A stretch of DNA of 6,791 nt from a virus (lineage: Duplodnaviria > Heunggongvirae > Uroviricota > Caudoviricetes). Shown here piece after piece: positions 1 through 4,589 of the stretch. The notes beneath the pieces are model-generated. The model saw only the letters and a list, made by a program, of their open reading frames with translations, was not told where the DNA came from and made no database searches. The DNA is taken from the IMG/VR virus record IMGVR_UViG_2703718769_000011, one strand, 5' to 3'. Numbering within the stretch: the first letter of the stretch is position 1; every line of letters begins with the position of its first letter. The translations under genes and the position numbers were made by a program.

Positions 1-218
1 TGGTATGGATGACGGATGGCTGGCCGCTGTATGAATCACGCCTGAAGGGAAAGCTGCACGTTATCAGCAAGCGTTACACTCAGCGCATTGAGCGACATAA
101 TCTGAATCTGAGACAACATCTGGCAAGGCTGGGACGGAAGTCACTGTCGTTCTCAAAATCGGTGGAGCTGCATGACAAGGTCATCGGGCATTATCTGAAC
201 ATAAAGCACTATCAGTAA
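1..218 (+). CDS. insB: IS1 transposase InsB, C-terminal portion (5' end outside the window)
   Basis: The translation ...[70 protein letters not shown] followed by TAA at 216..218 matches the InsB C-terminus as I recall it. The frame is open from the window edge (codons at 3..5, 6..8), so the ATG at 9 in the ORF track is internal, not the true start. Confidence 0.85.
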   Translation, partial: VWMTDGWPLYESRLKGKLHVISKRYTQRIERHNLNLRQHLARLGRKSLSFSKSVELHDKVIGHYLNIKHYQ

Positions 219-233
219 GTTGGAGTCACTACC
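1..233 (+). mobile_element. IS1 insertion sequence, right-hand portion (element continues upstream of the window); terminal inverted repeat about 211..233
   Basis: Positions 211..233 (atcagtaagttggagtcactacc) match the IS1 terminal inverted repeat as I recall it (ATCAATAAGTTGGAGTCATTACC) with two mismatches and the characteristic ...ACC end. The upstream sequence encodes the C-terminal part of InsB. The exact boundary at 233 is from recall of the IS1 terminus. Confidence 0.85.
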
Positions 234-1392
234 CACGCTCTACAGATGGTTCAGCTTCCACCAGGATTTCATTTTTTTGAGTATCGGATTCTGCCGTCTC
301 CACTGGAGCAGTTTGTGCTGCTGACTGCTGGAGAGCATTAGCAGAGCTCTGGTCTGTTTCTTCATGTTCAAACACGCCCTTTGTCGTCAGGTATTCGCTG
401 ATATATTTGTTCAGTGCAACGGGATCTTTGTGAATATCGATCGGACGTTCGCGAACAAGGCCAAAAATAGTCTGACGGTCATAGGCAAGTGCTTCGGGCT
501 GTTTGCGCATTGATGCTGAGATACGCTTCCAGTCTTCGCGATCCTTGTCGATAACCTCATTTGTCGCCCAGCGATGGATGGTACCGTCAATGTTTCCTGC
601 ATCCACATCACCGGGCCAGAGGGCGCAGGCCAGTTCATTGTCGAGTGTTTTCCATGTCTGTTTGTATTCGCGGCGAATGGCAACAGTGACAGCCCCGGTT
701 TTTTCAGCAGCGTTTTCAGTGTTCTGTTGGTTGACTCTGGCGCGGGCGAGATCAACAACAGACGTGTATTTTCCGGTTTCCTTGCGTTCACCTTCGCGAC
801 GTTTTTTCCAGATGCGCATCTCTGCCTGAATTTCAGGCCATTTAGCGCCAGGCTCACATTTATTCTTAACCCACCCGATGGCATGCAGTTTAAGTTCAGG
901 ATACATGGCGTTAACTTCTGGCATTTTCATCAACGCTTCAACGATATGTCCGCCGAATGTTGCCATGTCTTCCTGTAGTAATTCCTGTGCGCTAATCACC
1001 ATATCAACGGTGATGTTTTCGCATGTGTCGAATTTAACCAGGACTGCGTTCTGTACTTCAGGGGACAGCTTGTCAAAATTGACGTTCATCGGATCGGATT
1101 CGGGTTCGACCGGGACAAAGGACGCAGACTCCTCATCCCAGCGGTTTTCCTGCATATATTCGGTATCCCAGGAATCGAGGGCAGGGCGGGGTATGCCGGG
1201 TTTATCCTCGCAGACAATAAATTTATAAGCGCAGTCCTGAGCTGCCGGGAATTGCTCCAGAAATTGCCAGTGAAATTTTGCGCGTGCGCGACGCTCATCA
1301 CCGGCTTCAATGGCAGTGGCCACCGCAACAGCGCTATCTTCTTCTATGGCCTGCTCGTCAGGAATAGCAGCGCAAATAAAGATTTTATTCAT
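229..1392 (-). CDS. Hypothetical acidic protein, 387 aa as read; the 3' end is fused to IS1, so it is probably C-terminally truncated
   Basis: Long ORF with ATG at 1392..1390 preceded by GAGGT 9 nt upstream. No motif I can assign. The stop TAG (229..231) and two bases of the last codon lie inside the IS1 terminal repeat. Last gene of the minus-strand block after the DicB-like and YdfD-like genes. Confidence 0.6.
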   Translation of the reverse strand: MNKIFICAAIPDEQAIEEDSAVAVATAIEAGDERRARAKFHWQFLEQFPAAQDCAYKFIVCEDKPGIPRPALDSWDTEYMQENRWDEESASFVPVEPESDPMNVNFDKLSPEVQNAVLVKFDTCENITVDMVISAQELLQEDMATFGGHIVEALMKMPEVNAMYPELKLHAIGWVKNKCEPGAKWPEIQAEMRIWKKRREGERKETGKYTSVVDLARARVNQQNTENAAEKTGAVTVAIRREYKQTWKTLDNELACALWPGDVDAGNIDGTIHRWATNEVIDKDREDWKRISASMRKQPEALAYDRQTIFGLVRERPIDIHKDPVALNKYISEYLTTKGVFEHEETDQSSANALQQSAAQTAPVETAESDTQKNEILVEAEPSVERG

Positions 1393-1487
1393 TGTGTTTT
1401 AACCTCATTACAGATTTCAGGGTGAACGAATCCCTGCCATTGCTGGCATTTTTAATCCGTTGGTATGGCGTTAATATGGCTGGCGGG

Positions 1488-1676
1488 TTATCCAGCCGGT
1501 GTTTCGTTATTCAGGTACAGCGATACTTTTTTTACCGGGAGGCATTCACCGGGGATTTTTTGTTCGTCCCTTACCTGAATGCAGGATGACTTACTGTCAT
1601 AAATTCCGGTAATCACATTCTGCGGCTCACCCGTTATAAGAAAAACGGTCATCACCAGTGCAAATGCTGAAGTCAT
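1488..1676 (-). CDS. Small membrane protein, 62 aa, YdfD-like (Qin-prophage small lysis protein family) candidate
   Basis: Its ATG overlaps the stop of the upstream DicB-like gene in an ATGA (1673..1676), implying translational coupling. The N-terminus MTSAFALVMTVFLITG is a hydrophobic transmembrane or signal-like segment. Size and position immediately after the dicB-like gene match the dicB-ydfD arrangement; I cannot recall the YdfD sequence, so the assignment is by context and architecture. Confidence 0.5.
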   Translation of the reverse strand: MTSAFALVMTVFLITGEPQNVITGIYDSKSSCIQVRDEQKIPGECLPVKKVSLYLNNETPAG

Positions 1677-1861
1677 TGACGTTCTCCGAAAATACCAAGT
1701 TTAATAAGGGCAATTCGGGAAAGAATGGAATTATCATTGAGCAGATAAGGCTCATATTTCCGCATATTAATGGCATCCTCAGTAAACGCTTTATTACTGA
1801 GCAGAACACCAATATCAAAACAACCTTCAGACGTATTAACGTTTGGTAATAACGTTTCCAT
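1673..1861 (-). CDS. dicB: DicB-like cell division inhibitor (62 aa)
   Basis: The translation METLLPNVNTSEGCFDIGVLLSNKAFTEDAINMRKYEPYLLNDN... closely resembles my recollection of E. coli DicB (starting MKTLLPNVNTSEGCF..., 62 aa). SD GAGGA lies 7 nt upstream of the ATG. It sits downstream of a DicF-like RNA, as in the Qin dicB operon. Confidence 0.75.
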   Translation of the reverse strand: METLLPNVNTSEGCFDIGVLLSNKAFTEDAINMRKYEPYLLNDNSILSRIALIKLGIFGERQ

Positions 1862-2038
1862 TATCGCGTCCTCAACAATGAATTTTGTGATGCAGTGCCT
1901 GGTGCCTCCAGGTGACGTTAACCAGTTAACAATTAACGCCGGATTGTTAGTTGATGTCTGTTACGCAAGTAAAAGACCGCTTGTTTTAACTGTTCCGCGT
2001 GCGCATAGCCGCATTCACCGCATCACAAAATTCACTTT

Positions 2039-2077
2039 AAAAAGGGCGGATATCCATTTCCGCCGAATCACCAGAAA
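2039..2077 (-). ncRNA. dicF: DicF-like small RNA (shortened variant) ending in an intrinsic terminator
   Basis: The minus strand reads UUUCUGGUGAUUCGGCGGAAAUGGAUAUCCGCCCUUUUU. The 5' UUUCUGGUGA matches the DicF seed as I recall it, and the 3' end is a GGCGGA/UCCGCC hairpin followed by a U-run. The following ...TTTTTAAAGTGAATTTTGTGATG also resembles sequence downstream of K-12 dicF. The dicB-like ATG lies about 175 nt downstream. Boundaries are approximate. Confidence 0.5.
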
Positions 2078-2440
2078 AGTGATAACAGAGGTTGTTGTGG
2101 CTGGGGTGTCACTTAAGCGTATGGTCAACCTGACAACCCGGTGTCCTCAACGGGGGAAGGAATAACCCCGCCATACTTACCGCCGCGCCATTTCGCGGAT
2201 TACCACAACCGGAAGCGCACGATCGAATTAAATTTAACGACGACCTATACAGAGAGACGAACTTCGCCGTGCGCTTTCGTGTTGTGTGCCTGCTTTAACC
2301 ACGTCAGGCGAGGTGGACTCGTTATTCCCCAACAACAAGGATCTTGTTAATCTGGATATCCACAACAAGAATAAGAGTATTCAGAGTGATCGCTGAATTA
2401 ACGGCAGCAATGGCGGCTATTCCTTAATTACCAGGCATCA

Positions 2441-2593
2441 TTAGTCAGAGTTTCTTGCTAACCAGCGATGCGCGCCAGCTTCGGTTTTAAACGTTTTACT
2501 TTTGGTATACGTCATCGCGGTAAACGTGCCGTCCTGGTTGGGGAAGACGCCGCACACCAGAGATTCATTGTTGCCAAGATTGAGCATATCCAT
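2441..2593 (-). CDS. Small prophage protein, 50 aa (below the ORF-track size cutoff); possibly YdfA/YdaF-like, first gene of the leftward operon
   Basis: ATG at 2593..2591 is preceded by TGAGGT with a 4-nt spacer. Translation: MDMLNLGNNESLVCGVFPNQDGTFTAMTYTKSKTFKTEAGAHRWLARNSD, stop TAA at 2441..2443. The family assignment is from context only (position relative to the dicF/dicB-like genes); I cannot recall a reference sequence. Confidence 0.5.
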   Translation of the reverse strand: MDMLNLGNNESLVCGVFPNQDGTFTAMTYTKSKTFKTEAGAHRWLARNSD

Positions 2594-2782
2594 GTTGACC
2601 TCATTTACCCTTAACGCCGGGTCGCGGAACTAAAAACCTGCTGCGCTGTTATACAAAGTGTTCCCGCCGTCATGTTCATACGCCTCGGGCTGGCTACTTA
2701 ACCCCTGACCACTGCCTGGTAACTCGAAGTATTGCCCTGCGTTCTGTGGGGCGGGGTGGGTTGATGAATATAATCTACAAGT

Positions 2783-2815
2783 AAAAACTGTTTGATGTCA
2801 ACAATAAATAACTGT
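2783..2815. promoter_or_regulatory. Candidate leftward operator/promoter (OL/PL-like)
   Basis: AAAAACTGTT-TGATGTC-AACAAT (2783..2805) resembles the 3818..3846 palindrome with the same 7-bp spacing, and a further AACTGTC lies at 2809..2815. On the minus strand a perfect TTGACA (-35, 2801..2796) is followed after 18 bp by TAGATT (-10, 2777..2772), pointing at the 50-aa gene. Confidence 0.35.
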
Positions 2816-2826
2816 CATTTTGGACG

Positions 2827-2851
2827 AAGAAAACTCCCTCATCAGTGGGAG
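2827..2851 (-). terminator. Possible weak intrinsic terminator after the toxin gene
   Basis: Minus strand CTCCC-ACTGATGA-GGGAG followed by TTTTCTTC, 15 nt after the toxin stop. The stem is only 5 bp. Confidence 0.3.
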
Positions 2852-2865
2852 CAAAAGCGGTGGGC

Positions 2866-3153
2866 TTAAAGATTAGCGGGGAATTGTCGACGGGCGTGAA
2901 CCACGTTTACAATTTCAATACCTGAAGTTGTCACCCGGTACAAAATTATGTAATTGGGGTGAGCCACAATCTCGCGCAAACCTGGCACTCTGTCGCTTGG
3001 CGGATATAAATACGGATGTTCGGATAACGGCAGGACGCAAGCTCTTAAGCGTTGCCATAAGCGTTCTGCCGCATCTATGTCGAAACGGGCAATATAACTA
3101 GTTATATCATCCAGATCGGTATCTGCGCTTTCAAGCCATAACACGGGTAACAT
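2866..3153 (-). CDS. parE: ParE/RelE-family type II toxin (ParE2-like), 95 aa
   Basis: The translation MLPVLWLESADTDLDDITSYIARFDIDAAERLWQRL...EIVAHPNYIILYRVTTSGIEIVNVVHARRQ has the size and pattern of RelE/ParE plasmid-stabilisation toxins. Its ATG directly follows the antitoxin stop (TAA-ATG at 3156..3151). Confidence 0.8.
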   Translation of the reverse strand: MLPVLWLESADTDLDDITSYIARFDIDAAERLWQRLRACVLPLSEHPYLYPPSDRVPGLREIVAHPNYIILYRVTTSGIEIVNVVHARRQFPANL

Positions 3154-3345
3154 TTACTGCTCTCTCCGTTCCTTGCGAATTTTGGCAAAGCGTTCTGCCA
3201 TTCTGCGCTCAACTTCATCATGTGGAATAGCAGGACGTGGATCAGCAAGGCTTGCGGCTACTTTTGCGCGTAACCATTCGTTATAACTGTTTTCTTGCTC
3301 AACGGTTTCAAATTCAGAAACCATTGGTGAAAGGGCTGTATTCAT
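3154..3345 (-). CDS. Small antitoxin, 63 aa, PaaA2-like (ParE-associated antitoxin)
   Basis: ATG at 3345..3343 is preceded by a strong SD AAGAGGAGG with a 6-nt spacer. The ORF-track start at 3408 has no SD and would overlap the repressor stop. Translation: MNTALSPMVSEFETVEQENSYNEWLRAKVAASLADPRPAIPHDEVERRMAERFAKIRKERREQ, charged and probably disordered. It sits immediately upstream of the ParE-like toxin; the size matches the 63-aa PaaA2 of the described paaR2-paaA2-parE2 system as I recall it. Confidence 0.65.
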   Translation of the reverse strand: MNTALSPMVSEFETVEQENSYNEWLRAKVAASLADPRPAIPHDEVERRMAERFAKIRKERREQ

Positions 3346-3374
3346 GACATACCTCCTCTTACAGGTGGTAGAGA

Positions 3375-3776
3375 TTACGCTCGGTGCCCCTTTTGGGCTG
3401 CGATCCACCGAGCAACAGTTTCTTCCATTGACTTTTTCTTATTTTTTATTTCCTGAAGCATTTTTTCTTGGTCTTCATCGGGAAATGCACTAAAAGCTTG
3501 GAGCAATTCACGTTGGCGAGGGCCAATTTTCATCGTGTCAGGAGTAAAAATTTGCTCTCCCTCTTCTGGAGGTAATAAAAACCAATGTAGTGGATGCCCT
3601 GTAACCTCGACCAACTTATCTAAGCTGGAGGCTTTAGGTGTGGCTTTTCCACTGACCCATTGCTGAACAGTTTGCTGTGTCACACCGACTCTACGAGCAA
3701 GTTCAGCTTGGCTCCATCCTGTTTCTTTGAGGAGCCTGCTAATTCTGTACATAGATACTTCTAGGGCCTTCATCAT
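3375..3776 (-). CDS. HTH (XRE/cI-type) transcriptional repressor, DicA/PaaR2-like; candidate prophage immunity repressor
   Basis: N-terminal helix-turn-helix SQAELARRVGVTQQTVQQWVSG. The C-terminal part (IGPRQRELLQAFSAFPDEDQEKMLQEI) resembles the DicA C-terminal region as I recall it. Divergent from the Cro-like gene across an operator-bearing intergenic region. The start could be ATG 3776 (no SD, possibly leaderless) or the internal ATG at 3752. Confidence 0.8.
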   Translation of the reverse strand: MMKALEVSMYRISRLLKETGWSQAELARRVGVTQQTVQQWVSGKATPKASSLDKLVEVTGHPLHWFLLPPEEGEQIFTPDTMKIGPRQRELLQAFSAFPDEDQEKMLQEIKNKKKSMEETVARWIAAQKGHRA

Positions 3777-3884
3777 TATTCGATTTTACAGGTAAATACT
3801 GTTAAAAGCACCACAATAAAAAACTGTTGATCATGAACAGTTTTTTATTGTAGCCTTTATCTATGAACTTCAGAGGAGGGCAAC
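3777..3884. promoter_or_regulatory. Divergent operator/promoter region (OR-like) between the repressor and Cro-like genes
   Basis: Perfect 11-bp inverted repeat AAAAAACTGTT-GATCATG-AACAGTTTTTT at 3818..3846, plus another ACTGTT at 3798..3803. SD GAGGAGGG at 3874..3880 serves the Cro-like ATG at 3885. A minus-strand TAAAAT at 3788..3783 sits just upstream of the repressor ATG, suggesting a leaderless transcript. Confidence 0.6.
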
Positions 3885-4145
3885 ATGCTCAATAGCACCC
3901 GTGAAAAAATTAAGCAGAAATACACACAGGCTGAAATAGGACGCTATATGGGAGTAACCCAACAAACTGTTTGGCAATGGTTTAGCTTGGGTATTCCTCC
4001 CAAACAGGTAATCCCTTTATGCCAACTAATGCAGTGGGGGGTTACTCCTCACGAACTCCGACCTGATATTTATCCTAACCCAACAGACGGCTTGCCTGCT
4101 GAGTTTCAGACTAGCACACAGCCAGCGACGGGAGTTGATTCATGA
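3885..4145 (+). CDS. Cro-like HTH protein (YdaS-like), 86 aa
   Basis: HTH QAEIGRYMGVTQQTVWQWFSLG, strong SD, first gene of the rightward operon. Its stop overlaps the next start in an ATGA (4142..4145). Confidence 0.7.
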   Translation: MLNSTREKIKQKYTQAEIGRYMGVTQQTVWQWFSLGIPPKQVIPLCQLMQWGVTPHELRPDIYPNPTDGLPAEFQTSTQPATGVDS

Positions 4146-4567
4146 AAATCAAGCATGAGCACATCCGCATGGCGATGAATGCCTGGGCATATCCTGACGG
4201 TGAGAAAGTTCCCGCAGCTGAAATAGCCCGGACTTATTTCGAACTGGGGATGACGTTCCCGGAACTGTACGACGACACTCATCCTGAGGCCCTGGCTCGT
4301 AATACCCAGAAAATTTTCCGTTGGCTGGATAAAGACACCCATGATGCTGTTGAAAAAATTCAGGCTCTGTTACCGGCGATCGAAAAGGCGATGCCGCCTT
4401 TGCTGGTGGCCCGTATGCGCAGTCACAGTTCTGAGTACTACCGGGAGATTGTCGAACGGCGGGATCGGCTGGTGAAGGATGTCGACGATTTTGTTGCGTC
4501 AGCGGTCGTTTTGTATGACCAGATAAATCGCGGCGGCCCGGCAGGGAATGCTGTGGTGATGCACTAA
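4142..4567 (+). CDS. ydaT: YdaT-like protein (CII-like regulator family; historically annotated toxin YdaT), 141 aa
   Basis: The translation begins MKIKHEHI..., which matches my recollection of Rac-prophage YdaT. It is translationally coupled to the Cro-like gene and has SD GGGAG 7 nt upstream. Confidence 0.6.
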   Translation: MKIKHEHIRMAMNAWAYPDGEKVPAAEIARTYFELGMTFPELYDDTHPEALARNTQKIFRWLDKDTHDAVEKIQALLPAIEKAMPPLLVARMRSHSSEYYREIVERRDRLVKDVDDFVASAVVLYDQINRGGPAGNAVVMH

Positions 4568-4589
4568 AAGCACGGTGTTCGGGGGTTTT

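Noticed and set aside
411-1328. Several ORFs overlapping the 387-aa gene in other frames (411..884 minus; 503..829, 574..978 and 878..1228 plus; 1086..1328 minus)
   Set aside because: They lie entirely inside the longer minus-strand ORF, which has a plausible ribosome-binding site. Their translations are Ser/Arg/Cys-rich and low-complexity, typical of off-frame or antisense readthrough.
1420-1446. Plus-strand hairpin TGCCA-TTGC-TGGCA followed by TTTTT, resembling a terminator
   Set aside because: No plus-strand gene ends here, and on the minus strand the T-run precedes rather than follows the stem. It is at most a terminator for antisense transcription.
1392-1849. Short ORFs at 1392..1589 (plus), 1627..1818 (minus) and 1658..1849 (plus)
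   Set aside because: They overlap the DicB-like and YdfD-like genes, which have good starts and translational coupling, and they have no ribosome-binding sites of their own.
1770-2350. Plus-strand ORFs 1770..2165 (131 aa) and 2141..2350 (69 aa)
   Set aside because: The first runs antisense across the DicB-like start and the DicF-like RNA. Both are Arg-rich with no Shine-Dalgarno sequence. The region is better explained as the minus-strand DicF-like RNA and its flanking leader.
2611-2679. 23-codon minus-strand ORF (MNMTAGTLCITAQQVFSSATRR) in the leader of the 50-aa gene
   Set aside because: It is very short, has a poorly spaced GAGG, and I recognise no similarity. It could be a leader peptide, but there is no support for that.
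2761-2774. Perfect plus-strand TATAAT at 2769..2774
   Set aside because: No acceptable -35 lies at 16 to 18 bp and there is no correctly spaced extended -10 TG. The hexamer overlaps the minus-strand candidate -10 and is more likely AT-rich promoter sequence read on the wrong strand.
2441-3776. Whether the HTH regulator is only a toxin-antitoxin regulator rather than the phage repressor
   Set aside because: Not rejected outright, but the divergent Cro-like gene, the shared recognition helix and the palindromic operators on both sides argue that it acts as the immunity repressor as well as regulating the toxin-antitoxin pair.
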